DNA of 64,000 nt from the NCBI GenBank assembly GCA_977016875.1, contig CDRNST010000148.1, positions 1,736,001 through 1,800,000 on the forward strand. Direction: 5' to 3'. The translations under genes were made by a program, and so were the position numbers. This document shows positions 25,560 to 38,421 of this stretch, in pieces. The notes below the pieces were generated by a model. The model worked only from the letters and a program-made list of their open reading frames with translations, had not been told where the DNA came from and made no database searches. This DNA comes from Pavona decussata (taxonomy: Eukaryota). Numbering within the stretch: position 1 is the first letter of the stretch; the number at the start of each line of letters is the position of its first letter.

Positions 25560-26145
25560 CTCTGGCGAAAATGACTAAAAAAGTACAAGCTTTCGACTGC
25601 CCGAACTGCAGTCTTCGACCGGTAAAATAAATGATAGGAAAGCCATGAGAAAATTTAAACAAAAAGCGTAAATTGCGAAATTATAAAAATGTAAATAATT
25701 ATGAATGTTTGTTTAAAAGAATGTTTTGTTGTCCAGGTAACGGGCAAGAATTGTTATCTGCGTTAGGTGTCACTCTGGTATGCCAAGCTTCTAACGTTTT
25801 TCTGGCTCTGAAGGTGCACTTGTCAATAATTGACGCGTTTTCAAAATCAATGACATGGTTGCTGGACCAGGCGTGATTAGCAATCCTAGAACCTTTGGCC
25901 GCAGTTTTGGTGTTTCTCAAATGTTCTTTTTATCGGGTATTGAAAGCTCTGCCGGTTTCCCCAATATAACACCACGAACAATTTGTACAGGGAATTTTAT
26001 ACACGACGTTGGTCTGCAATTCCATCGAAGGTCGAAATCTGGAGCTGGGAACTGTTGTTGTAGTGTGGTAAATGGTTTGTTTACAACTGTGACGTCGTGT
26101 TTTTTGAGGATACGTGTCAAAGGTTCAGTTACTCCTTTGATTTTA
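25560..26145 (-). mobile_element. 5'-truncated Penelope-like retroelement (GIY-YIG endonuclease, frameshifted) plus 3' pLTR
   Basis: Minus-strand translation across frameshifts: IKGVTEPLTRILKKHDVTVVNKPFTTLQQQF...NVVYKIPCTNCSWCYIGETGRAFNTR.KEHLRNTK..SRIANHAWSSNHVIDFENASIIDK..RKTLEAWHT. This is the VYxIxC..YIGET signature of PLE GIY-YIG domains. A downstream GTCGAAGACTGCAG..GCAGTCGAAAGC hairpin follows. Confidence 0.9.
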
Positions 26146-27371
26146 ACTATGTTTCATCCTGGCTACGGCCCCTCAATGTTTTTAATAATGTTTAGAAATT
26201 GTCGTTGTATGGTTTTCGAGTTCAAGGTCGAATAAACTTTTTAAAATGATTCGAGCTCCTACGCATGTCTAAAGAAATTACCATGCATTGCCCCCTTACA
26301 AAGAATCCCTCTAACTTATACTTTTGCGTTTTAATTCAGGTAAAACAGCATGATGTTGCTAATATTTTTCTTCTTGATAAAAAGAGCAGTCACCTGCAAC
26401 AGGCATCCAAAAAATAATAAAAAGGAATGCTGTCAAATTTCTATTTTTGTGTCTTTTAAATGAAGATGATAGTTATAGGATAAAAATTCGCATTGTTTTT
26501 ATTAATCATGGCATATTTTCTTCAAGATACGAAAATGACATTTAAACGATCGGTGAAGTCAATACGAAATAGGCTTGAATTTGTTGTCCTTTGTTTACGA
26601 GGGACAAATGTAGACTGAAACGGAAATGAGGAATTATTGACTTGGTAAATTTCCGCAGTGGTATTAAAATAACTTTCAATATGACACGCAACCAACAACA
26701 GTCCGGAAAATCAACTTTGAATTCCTATTATCATAGTTTTGGGATAACTTGCATGTGTTAACCAAACCTTTGGTTGACACTGAACCATTGATGTCAGTTT
26801 TTATTTTTTTTTTCAACTGCTTGCGAATTTCCTCTTTGTTTTCACGAGGAAATGTTTCAAAAAGTAAGATATTAAATCATTTGAATTGTTAATTAAACGA
26901 GAAAGTTTCGCAGAAAGAAAGAAATTGTTATCTCCCAGGTAGAATAGGAAGTTTAATATCTTTTTGTTATTGTACATTTGCCGCGTTCACCTGCAAAACT
27001 GTTTTGTTAAGTAAGGCTCCTCCTTTACGTTATCGATCCAGTTAAATAGCAAACTGTCATAACAAAACAAAGACTTAAAAATTGTTTTTATAAAACAGGA
27101 TAAAAACCTTGCTATTCATCGTTTTTTCCATTTTCATTCTCACTTATCGATCATTGTTAATCAAATTAATTGGCGTGGATTGCAGAGATGTTTTTACCCG
27201 AATATATACGGTCTCTGGTGCTGTATTTTGACTACTTAGATTATCTGTCAACTGGATCGAGACTCAAGACAGCGCTGACATTTTCGGGCGGGTAAGCTGA
27301 ACGAAGAGAGGTGGGTTTTAAACTGGACAGAAGGTTCATTTTGCCTCTAATTGCTATTTCATTAGAAAGAG

Positions 27372-27577
27372 AGAGGGTATCTTTTTCTATTTCTTAACTG
27401 GAAACATTTGGAAATTCAATTTCAGTACTGATGAGGAAAATTCGATCAGCGTAGTTCCATTATATATAAACAATATCATTACGAAGGGAAAAGGTATCTT
27501 TTTCTATCTTTTAGCTGAAAACATTTCGAAATTACTGTTTGAATACTGGCACAGGGAGAATTTGATCAGTGTAGTGT
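27372..27577. repeat. Diverged tandem duplication, period ~118 bp
   Basis: GGTATCTTTTTCTAT...AAACATTT.GAAATT...GATCAG.GTAGT occurs at ~27376 and ~27493. Confidence 0.7.
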
Positions 27578-27867
27578 TAAGATCAAGATCGATTAACAAT
27601 TGAAACAGGGACAAGATGCAACAAGAAAACATCGCAATATACTCGCACTGAAACAAGAAAGACGATTTTTTGCGTTACTAACTTGAAACTAGTGTACGGA
27701 CAATATTTCAAACATGAAAGGAAACTAAACTGAACATTCAGTAAAAATCAATTATGCTTTTTTAAATTCTGAGAAATATACGTGCAAGGGAAGCCACAAA
27801 AGTTTATCTCGTAATTTCTAAAAACAGTCGCAGAAACTGCAGACTTAATGTTGGGAACTAATATATT

Positions 27868-28040
27868 TGTATCGTAATTGCATGAGGTGGATCATGAGTA
27901 GAATTAAGGATTAATTTTCATGCGTGTTTTCTAAGTTTTGACAAACTACGTGACGACTTTGGGCTATTTGTGAGAACTCAAATGAAAAATACCTGTGACA
28001 ATTAATCCTTAATTCTACGGCGACTCATCGCAGTTAGATG
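27868..28040. mobile_element. Palindromic non-autonomous element
   Basis: Inverted arms GTAGAATTAAGGATTAATT (27898) / AATTAATCCTTAATTCTAC (~28000-28018). Confidence 0.55.
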
Positions 28041-30242
28041 TTTATAACACAAAGGGCAAAATTTTCTTAACCCAACCACGGGGTGAGAATACTCACCTAA
28101 CGAAACACGAAAACACGTTTCTCATGTACATTTAGTTACCGTGGTCAGAGTAAGATACAACTTAAATTCATGAACAAAACTAAATCTAATGATTTAAAGT
28201 TCAGGCGTGAATCGATTTGATTCCTACGTGGAATGGCGTAGCGGTACAAGTTTACCGACGTGCGTGTATTTTTAAGAAGAAGAGTTTTAAACCAATTTGA
28301 ATTGCTTACTCAGTCTGTGAATCACATATCGATAAAATTAGCAAACGAAGAGTACATAGCGAAACTTGCAGAGTAATTTCTTCAACTAAATTTGACCTGT
28401 GTTTATCCTTCCATTAATAGTATGATGAGTGCGGTTGTGCCTTTGGGCAAACTTTGTTTTCTATACTTTATAGAAGCTGTAGTGGAGTGAAAGAGATTGC
28501 GGAAACTACCAGGCGCCTACTCCTGAAGAATTTTTTTGCTGTTTTATTAAGCATTCGATTGCCTTGCATTTTTTTGAACAAACAACTTACATTAAAGGTC
28601 AATCTCTCTGAAGCAGTCGCTGCGTTTGTTGTTGTGAATAAAATGAGGAAACCAACTAAAATGTGGACACGTGTGCTCGGCCAATCAGGAGCGATAGAAA
28701 GAAAATAAAAGCCTGGTTTACTCGTGCGACGCAGACGCAAACAGTAGCGAAGGCGTAACTGCAAGTGAAGTACGTGAAAACATTGAAGACAAGTGAAAAG
28801 AAAAGAAAAGCGACCTTTTCTTGCGCTTACATTTTCATATGCCTCACTTGTAAACATCGCTCACGTAGGCGCACGTGCAAGCTGGTGTAACCTATTCGCC
28901 ACCTTGGAGAACCACTACAAATGCGCATGCGTGCACGGAATTCCTAGCAGGGGAACGAGCCTGAAACAGGCTACAGTTGCATTTGCGTTCGCGTTTGTGT
29001 CCAAAGTGTGAGACACATATTTTGGAACTATTCGGTTTATTTTTTATTCCGGTATAACCGAAATATGCGGAAATAGAACTTTCAAAAAGGATGGATATTC
29101 TTAGAACAGAATGTTGTTGACCGAGGTGACCTGGCAAACACTAACATATCTACGAACAAGCGATTGTCGAATCAACTTTACACTAGCCTCTAACTGCAAG
29201 TCTGCGAACCATTTCCCCAATATTTCGACCGGTTTTATGTACAAAAAATGCAAGGGTGGATTATTACAAACAATAATTTACGTTCTGGTTTCTCAAGGCT
29301 TTGTAAAACACAAGATGACCGAAAGCGTGAACGGAAGGCGGTGCACCGACGATTTTTCTGCCAAAAAACCTTCCTAAAGGAACGAACGTTCTACGTATTC
29401 CATTCCGAAAAAATCTGAGTAGAATTAACCCACGAAAAAATGCCCTCTATCTCAAGTAATGAGCAATCAGTAATTTTTTTCCTGTATTTTACAAAAGAGA
29501 AACTAGTTCCAGGCCGACAAAATAATCCAAATCAATGTACATCACAACTTTGAGGAAACAAAGGAATTTTGCATTTCAGTCTTAATTAGAGTTAAACCAA
29601 TTTATCGGTGTAATGACAATTTCAGTGAATATAATTAAGTTTTTTTAGTAGTTTGATTCACAGGTGATTTGACAGTTTTCTGCTTTTCGAGCCAATTTAT
29701 TTGACTTAATGAAAGAACCGGCGCAACAAACACAAATACATTTTAGCAGCGGAAATGTTTTCCGAACTCCATGAATAAAATAATAAAAGGACCCTTTTAA
29801 AATGTTTACAATATAACTACACCTTGTATGAATGTAATCATTAACTTTCTGGGTTTTCCTCCCATTAATTGACACTAGTTTTAACTTGCTGTCAATAGCG
29901 GCTGTAATATACTGTCAGTGCGTGAAGATTTGTATTTATTTATCAGTTCGGACGTCTGTGAACTGCCCGGCAGCAATTCGCAAACACTTTTAGTTTCACA
30001 GATCAAGCTCTTGGACTTCACAGAAGCATGAGTGACAAGGAATCAGGACACGTATGAATTACCGTGTTCAGTGGGCGTAAGTATACTAACACTCCCCGTG
30101 CCTTGGAAACAACTGTTCAATGAAAACGTCGCTGTCGGCTAAAGTATTGTGAATTTTCAGACAAACACGACTCAAACGTAACATTTTCTTTCCTTCCAGG
30201 AAATAATAATTGCTTTCATTTTAGCAAAACTCTGCGCCGTAA

Positions 30243-33200
30243 ATGGACAACGCGAAGAGGAATCTGCCTTGGAAGTTCATCATTTTTGAGGTTCGTATAT
30301 ACAGAAAATTGTTATATTGTCCACCTTTTTTTGAAACGCAAACATCCTGAGACGTGTGAAATTGGTAACAGGACAATTGTATTAATAACTCGAATGATTG
30401 GAGACCGAATTGGTCTCCACTCAGTCCTATTACCATTTTTATTCCCATTATTAATCATAACAATAACAAAATTGTCGAATCTTATTGGCTATCAGGAGAC
30501 ATGATGCATTCATAGGGCAGCATGCGCGTCATGCTTTAGTAATTGGACAAAAATAAAACTAGTTAGAAAGTCAACGTCATTTGTTCTTGGATTGAAATTG
30601 CAGTGGTCTTGATAATTAGTAACAGGAAGTTGTGTCGTCCAATTCAGTCTGTAGTCAAACTCGTCATAAAATATATCGAACTCCTGCTGCTAGGTCGTCC
30701 AATTTTGTTATTGCAATCACTCGTATTCCCATTATTTGTAAAACTAATTTAATTATCAAATCACCGAGGTCAGTTATTCTTAAGCCATCTAAGACAATTA
30801 ATCTATATTACATGAAGTGGGATGGGAGAGGAATACAAAGCACGTGACCGGATAAGTGTTGTGTTGTCTTTAAACCCACGTTTAATCCACTCGTTTTATC
30901 CTCTAGTTTATGTACTAAGAGAACACAACAGTAATTATCCCTTATGAAATTATATGATAATGTAAAATTATTCACATCAATTAAATGTGTAAATTCTTAT
31001 TTTACCCATTGTCTTGCTATGACAATTCAATATAATTAATTAACCGAACGTATGGAGTCCCAAAAGTTTTAAAACATGCTGTGAAACGTCAGTAGTCAGG
31101 TTTTGACATAAGTTCTTCGCAGGTTCTGTTTTTGGGGCCATGGACGCACGCATGGTATTCTGGGGCTGATCACTATTGGCCTTTGAATGAGATCGGAAAT
31201 TCGCGTGTGTATGATTACATGGGGAGCAAGATGTGGACAGGGAAAATAAAAGGTAATGGAATGTTTTGTACAGAAATCATTCGTGTCGACCTCTCCATTA
31301 CGATGTATCCTACTTGTTACCGCTAAAAAATGTCTGCAATGTGATATAGTCAGGCAAACGTAAGGATCGAGTGATAACTTGAAGTAATTTTTACTAATAG
31401 AGAAATTTAGGATCGCGTTGAGATTCACGTTTCTGAATTCTTGATAAAAATTAGTACACAAATGAGAATATTGTAAAAAAAATTCTGAACTTTGATGCTA
31501 ACAAAAAATTACTCGAGTTTGCGGCAAATATAGGACAACATGATCACGTGGTAATTTCTGCCGTTTGCGTGCCGTAAACGTAATTCTAAATGTCCTAAAT
31601 CTCTTTAATTCTATTTTTACTGTCATTCTCTACTTGACAATTGGGTTAGCAACATCGAGAACTTTGTATCGCTTTCATTTTGTGATTCAATCTCACAGTA
31701 AACACTTTCAACGCTTACTGAAGAAAATTTTATTCACAGGAGACGCTGAGATCACGTGGTATCCACCTCAACTCGCCCTAGATCTCCACGGTGAAGTTGC
31801 GTGGGTAAATCTGGGTTTGAGATACAACTCTTGTTATATTGATGTAGAATACTGCAAAAAGACTGGGCTCACTATTGCATTTTGGGTAGCCTTTCATGAA
31901 GCTAACACAATGCAAGGATTGATAGAATTTGGAAGCGGTGATTGCGGGCTCAGCATCATTCGCACAAATGACAATGAAATAAATGCCACCTTAAGAAGCG
32001 TGGGACTGGGGAGCATTTGGAGCTTGGAAAGTGTAAATGCGAGTCTTGGTGAGGGCACGTGGCATCACGTGACGCTGACTTGGAATTCCACCGGAGAAGT
32101 TCATCTCTTCATTAATGGTACAAGGTACTACACTTATATCTAGCTTTCCCATGGTTACTGTTAGTGAGCCTTAGTCAATAGGGAATTTTCGTGCGTCTTT
32201 GGTCCGTGATACATTCTTAAACTGAGTACCTGATGCCTCCGGCGCTAGGTCATGAATTCATGGTTTGAAGTCAGTGCAATCGTGAATGTTTTTTTCAAGT
32301 TTTTTATCGCAACTGCTTAACTTGCTAACTTCATTGCGATGGACCGTGATCCAGAATAATTGTCACCGCAGGTCGCAGAACATAAAATTCTAAATATAAG
32401 CCTCTACAAAAGCTTATATGAGACCTTCAAACGAATATAAGTCCTGGGCTGATATTAGGACTTTTGCGTTATACGATAAACGTTCCAAAGGCAATGTTCA
32501 TACACATATTGTTCAGTAGACTTTTATTTACATGATAAAAAAACAGAAATAGTTCTGTAATTCAAACCTGAAAACAAACTTTAAAAAGCAAAAACTCGTA
32601 CGAGGCCACCAAGGATAATACGTCAAACCCTAATCAGAACATCATTTATCAATTCTGATCTGTCGTTGGATTGTTGTTCATAGGTTGGAAGATGCACACC
32701 AAGAAGTCACTTCTAACGTTTCTTGTTCTGATGCAAACTGCACTTGCAATTGGTCAATGAAAGTAGGGACCATGACGCAGTTGAACTCCATTGTCCAATC
32801 ATATTCGTCCGTTAAGCTTGCAAGATTGGTCCTGTGGCGTTATGCTCTCACTAATGACACAATTCTTCGTGTATCAAATGACGTGAATGGTAAGGGTTGT
32901 ACAGCGGTCTCTTGTAATTTCTTTCCCGTAATGCGATGGTTCGACAGCAAAATCTAAGCACTAGTTAATTTTGTCTGTACCTGTACAGTATAAGAAAAAC
33001 GACAATAGTTTTGATTTTAAAAGGGTTTCGACAGCTCTTCTGTCATCTTCAGAATTAAATCGTAAGTACAACGTTGACTTTATAATAAATACATACAGAT
33101 GCTAATGAAAAAAAAACTGTAACAGTGTACTTATTATAAATTCAGCTTTGTACTTTACGATTTAAATCTGAAGATGACAGAAGAGCTGTCGAAACATGTC

Positions 33201-35274
33201 TTTTAAAATCAAAACTGTTGTCTTTTTTCTAAACTTTTAACTTGCTTGTTGCTATATATCCAGACCTTTTATCAGTACAGTAACTTTCAGTGCTCCATCA
33301 TTTATTTCCCTCCAAATAGCTGCGAAATGTTCGTTGGAGAAAATATTAAGGTTAAGTGTCAAAAATTAAAAAATTGAGTTGTTCCCAATATAATTTTCCC
33401 ATATACATAAAATTATAGTTTTTTTTGCAGGATTATATTTCTTAAGAAAGGGTTGCTATGGCAGTTCTAAGATAGCCAATTTGCAATTCTGTTACAACAT
33501 CCACCCTGAATGGAAAAAAACATGGTACGAGGCCAAAAAGACCTGCAATAAATATTTCGAAAGTCTCGTCAGTATTGGAAGCCAAGAAGAGTACGATTTC
33601 CTGGAAGAGGCGTTTAGAAAGAAAGACGTCTCCTCGTGCTTGCATATTGGATTGCGAAACAACACTGGGAACTTCCAGCCATCTTGGGTGGACGGAAATG
33701 TGTGGAGGTTTTCAAAGCTGAACTCAAGCTACAAACCGGAAGATACAGAGGAGTGTGTATATCGTGGTGTGGATGGACTGTGGTATTTCAGCAACTGCAG
33801 TGAAAAATGTGGTTTTGTCTGTAAGAAATACCGAGGTAAGGAATGTATTTTACTTAGTTTAATTTTTGTTTTATTGTTTGAGACCGGCTTTGTCAGTTAA
33901 TAAGCAACACATGTTGGGCAATTTAAAAACAAAACGAAACAACATACGAACGTCTCTCCCCGTCCAACGAAAGGCAAAAGAAATTTTATTGGCTGTTCAT
34001 TGTTCATGAATCTCGCTTGTGACTGGCTGCTTCCGATAAGGTCTAAAACGCGCTGTACAATGCCATGCGCTGTGACCGGCAAGAGCCTCGCCGATTTCAG
34101 TACAGATGTAGAAGGAAAGACTGTTTGATACAGTGTAAAACCAAACTTAATGTAACACCAAAATACAGTTGAACCAGAGTGAGGGATATACTGTGCTGAG
34201 TGATAGCAATGTTCACATATTTACCGCCTTGTTAAGTTTTAACGTCACTACCTCCTTTACAGGCTCTGAAGAGCGGGGGCTTGAGAACGAGAATGAAGCA
34301 CTAGCAAGGACTTATAGGAAGGAAGAAAATCAGCTCTCCGGTTTTCAATCCCATCCTTCCTTGCACTATCCCTATATTTTCTAGACAGTAAGGACTGGGG
34401 AGGAGGCAACTAATGTGACGTTGAGTAACATTCAAACATAAGCTTTGTCTCGCATCAGGTTTTAGGACCTAACGTTTGGAAAGCAGGGATGGTACAGTGG
34501 TAAGATCACACGCCTCCCACCAATGTGGCCAGGGTTCGATTCCCCATTTGGCGCCCTATCATAGTTTCATGTTCTCGTTTCACGTCCATGCTCCAAAAAT
34601 TTTAACCGGTATTTCCGTTTCCCCCCTCTTCAAAAACCAACATTTCCAATCAACAAATCATTCCGGAATCCGAGCGAGTTTATCATCCGTTAGGCCGTCA
34701 AATCTAGCCGGCGAATGCAGACAGGTTTATCCTTATATTACGTCGGATATTCCCTAACCTCCCTTGCAGACGCTCTGTTGGCTCGTCACACAATCTTTTC
34801 TCCCAACGTTGGGGAGGAACGATCGCGTGACGAGCCAAAAGAGCGTCTGCGAAGGAGGCTAGATATTTCCCTGTGGCGTGAACAACGATCTGACATTCGT
34901 CTGCCTTCGCAGGCTTACTAATGATCAAGTTTTTTTCTAATAAATTATGACAAGACAAAGGCAACGTCTTGAAAGTTTGCTTTTGTTTCTTAGCTGGGCT
35001 GTTTAGAAACGCCGAATTCCACTGTCGGATTAGAAGACACGATCACCAACTGGTCAATCATCGTTTAGCAATCGGATGGGTACAGAACGAGCTGGCCTGT
35101 GCAATTGATTGCCTAATTTATGGCTCTGGCTGCAAATCTTACAACTATAAACAGAATCACGAACTGCCTTCAAATGGACAGAACATATGTGAGTTGAGCG
35201 GCTCAAATCAACACAAGCACCCGGCGAGTCTGATCCATAGCATTGGCTATCAGTACTGCGAGAGAGTTTCTTAA
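30243..35274 (+). CDS. Secreted LamG/pentraxin-like + C-type lectin-like + PAN/apple domain protein, 484 aa, 6 coding exons
   Basis: Exons 30243-30290, 31123-31252, 31740-32124, 32684-32889, 33431-33835, 34994-35274; total 1455 nt, GT-AG and in phase. Signal-like N-terminus (..WKFIIFEVLFLGPWTHA). LamG-like motifs HYWPLNE, GLTIAFWV, WHHVTLTW..HLFING. CTLD motifs CY..TWYEAKKTC..LVSI.SQEE.DFL..HIGL..W.DG..ECV..W...C....FVCK. PAN motif CAIDCL....CKSYNY...CELS. No transmembrane segment. Confidence 0.88.
32993..33230. mobile_element. Inverted pair of Penelope-like pLTR fragments
   Basis: ~32993-33071 is the imperfect reverse complement of ~33148-33230. Both arms carry CTGAAGATGACAGAAGAGCTGTCGAAAC. 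Confidence 0.75.
33159..33210 (+). ncRNA. Minimal type I hammerhead ribozyme motif (Penelope-associated)
   Basis: GATTTAAAT-CTGAAGA(33168-33174)-T-GACAG-aagag-CTGTC-GAAA(33191-33194)-CAT-GTC(predicted cleavage after 33200)-TTTTAAAATC. Stem II is perfect, stem III is the palindromic ACATGT, and stem I is imperfect. Confidence 0.72.
34482..34650 (+). mobile_element. tRNA-derived SINE (degenerate)
   Basis: A-box-like GGTACAGTGG and B-box-like GGTTCGATTCC in GCAGGGATGGTACAGTGGTAAGATCACACGCCTCCCACCAATGTGGCCAGGGTTCGATTCCC. No clean cloverleaf. Confidence 0.7.
34754..34861. mobile_element. Short hairpin MITE
   Basis: TAACCTCCCTTGCAGACGCTCTGTTGGCTCGTCAC...GTGACGAGCCAAAAGAGCGTCTGCGAAGGAGGCTA forms a near-perfect palindrome. 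Confidence 0.8.
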
Positions 35275-38200
35275 AGAGTTCTCAATTTTCGGGATTTCTC
35301 GTAGTTCGTCTGAAAGTCGTCGACATCGATCGAGAGTTCGCACACAAATTTACCATTCAGTGAACAAGAACGATGACAGACAGGTACACCACACCCAAAA
35401 ACTTGGCTGTAAGGGAAAGGTAATGAGTATTAAGCTAATCCAGGATCAACCTTCACTTTGAATTTGAAAGTTTGACTTTTCTGCAAACTCCTTTTGTCTC
35501 ACACTTTGACTTGGTACATTTTCAAACTGTGACAACACAGTAGGGGAGACTGAAGACCTTTAATAAATCCTGGAGTATGTATCTACTGGTATTTGGCTTC
35601 CGAACAACCTCGCCTGATGGTGAGGATATTACAGTTGTCAAGGGAGCTTCTCAAACACGTTCTTGGAAAAAAACAATTTACTTTAATTTTAGAAATTGTT
35701 CATTAATTTGATATTTGATATAAATAGTTAACATTTGTTAGATAAGTTGTTAATAGGCCATTTGAACCACGTTCCTCTGAATTTCAATGTTTCGTTTTCA
35801 TTCAAAAATTAACAAACTTTTTAAAAAGGCTACATTGCTGGACAAAAGCCTTGGGACACACTCTACTCTTTCGAAAATCCCCGAGATACATACGTACGTA
35901 CGTATGTTATTGAAACACACTCGTTCCCTTCTCTCCTTTGCAATGCCGAGCCAATGTACGGAGTTGGTTGCACTTCTTGATTTTTTCGCCGTAGGGGTGG
36001 GTGGTTTTAAAGACTTCACTCACTTTCCTCCCTCAAGCAATTAATTCCAATCGAGGACAAATAGAATCACCTTACAGGCGTCGTAAACTTTAAGTATTGT
36101 CCCAGAAGTTTGTCCAGGAAACCTTAAAATGGAAACTTCTGAGAGTCGTAATATTCTGACGTAAATGAAAGTCAAAGAGCCTATTAACAGCTAATCTATC
36201 AGGACACATATTATTTTAATTATTTTACTGACTCTTTCCTCTTTTAAATTAAGACGGAAATGTCACAGAGAAAACAATATATCCTTTACTAATGGAACCT
36301 TAGTTTCCCGTTACCAATCTGGACGAATGATTATCGATGATCCATGATGATGTGGGTATATGTACTGTCGAGGGACTATCGCCTGATAGCTAACTGTGAA
36401 AATATGAAGTTAATGAAGAAACATTCCTCGAGGCTTATAAATCATGTTTTAAGACAGTACCACTATTCAAGGAATGAATACATTGTACATGTTCTACTCT
36501 GCATTTTCCTTTGCACTCTCCTTGGACGCTGCCCTCGGAAAAGTCCTTTTCACGGACGAAAACTAAAACTTACACCATAATTTCGCCCAATCAGTCTCTG
36601 GAAAAGTCAAGGTTCCAGGTGTAGACATGTACATACATTATACATACAGTTGTGTTGTTTATCTTAACCTAACAACTTGCATAAGTATAAATCTGTCATA
36701 AAATAACCGAAATAACAAAATACAATACAAAATAACCGAAATTTCTTTTTGTGATAACAATAAAGGAACCTTGCCCTTAAGCAAGTCTGTTATCAAAAGA
36801 TATATTTCTCCTTTAAATACACTTTAGACTTCGTTTATAAATTACATAACTCTGTACTTATTTCTAAGGAATTTATCTTCATAACTGTTCTCATAAAAAA
36901 GAACGAACAACATTGTGAGTAACTTACTCTTTGGTATGGAAACTTTTAACTAGTTTCTAATGAAACAGTTATAAAATATCGACAAGTGATCAGAATCATC
37001 CTGTTTTAGTCGACAGTATATGAAATAAATGCTTCATCAACACTCATCGCTAATTAAAACACAATAAATATAATGTATATCTATTATTAATACAACCACG
37101 GTCAGTGCCTCGTATCTGGGATTGTCGGGTGCGCACGCACAACAGTGGACAAAAATACCGCTGGATACCCATGCTCCAACCTCGTCCCCATGGTATTCGC
37201 CATATTGAAAATGGCGGTACGGAGAAGACGCTGCAGTATGACATGAAACATTTGATTTCGTCTTCGGTACACTTTTTCCGGGATCAAACATGGTAAACAG
37301 CCATATTCGATTCTGGAAAAATGTACTGAAGACGAAAATCAAGTGTTTCATGTCACAAAAGACTCCATGCCTCGTGGAGTAGTCCGCAGCGTTTACCAGG
37401 GTCTTCTTGAATACCGCGAAGACCTGGGGACGAGGTTTCCCAGGCACAGCCTCGAGCAAGCGGGCTTTTCGTTTGCACGTGCGCGCTTTGCTTATCCGGC
37501 CCAACTGCTAGTAAACCCAAAACGTGATTCATAAGATGGTCGTTGATTAGATTTTAGTCGTGGTGAAATAATAAGCTTAATTCGTTTCCCTTACTGTTGG
37601 TAATGGAGAAAACACTAAGATTCACGAATTCAGACTCTGTAGAGAAAAGTAACATGAGAACATCATTCTCCTCTTAAATAATCGTTTTGTTATACACGAA
37701 ATAGCCGCGACTTTAGTGTTTACTCTCAACAACGCCTTATTAAAAGTGTAAGGCCACTGCTCCACTACGTAAGTTTGACCTCTGCCACAATACTCAAGAG
37801 TATCCTCAAAATTCTCAAAACTAAAACAAAGGGAAGACATAAATAACCTTACAACAACTGCACACATACTAACATACTAAACCGGTTGAACTGGTTTGCC
37901 CTGTCAAACACCCTCCCCTAATCATTGTTCCATGCGCAGGTCATTTAACAATTATCCTGCGAAATCGTGCGGAATATCGCCTGATACTTAGCCGACGAGG
38001 CGGCATGCCGAGTTGGCAAAAATCAGGAGATATTCCGCAAGTTTGAGTAGGATAACTATAGCTATATAGCTATGACAATCTACGTATAGTCACCTCTGCT
38101 TATCACTGACGCCTTCAGAACTGGAGAAAGTAATAGAAAGATGCACCAAGAAAGTTATATGGCCGATTTTTAAATCGGCAAAGGAAGTGCCTTTCCCAGG

Positions 38201-38421
38201 TAAACGCATCTAAGTTTGCGTGAAGACACTTAAGGTTTCAGAGATAAGCAGAGAGTCGATACGCGATATCAGCTTCAATTCAACTTGAGGCTTGCGCTGA
38301 AAATCCCTCGACCTTGATGTTTTGAATACTACGAAACTACAGTCCAATACTAAATTGGTTCAGGATATTTCGACTTGGGTATTACAAATTACCTATGGTT
38401 CTCAAGTTACGCTGTACTGCT

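Noticed and set aside
27437-27450. CTGATGAG motif suggestive of another hammerhead
   Set aside because: No stem II followed by GAAA and no cleavage triplet geometry.
33320-33350. AG...GT-bounded 31-nt candidate exon in the lectin gene
   Set aside because: It shifts the frame and gives a stop early in the CTLD exon. The direct 32889-to-33431 join is already in phase.
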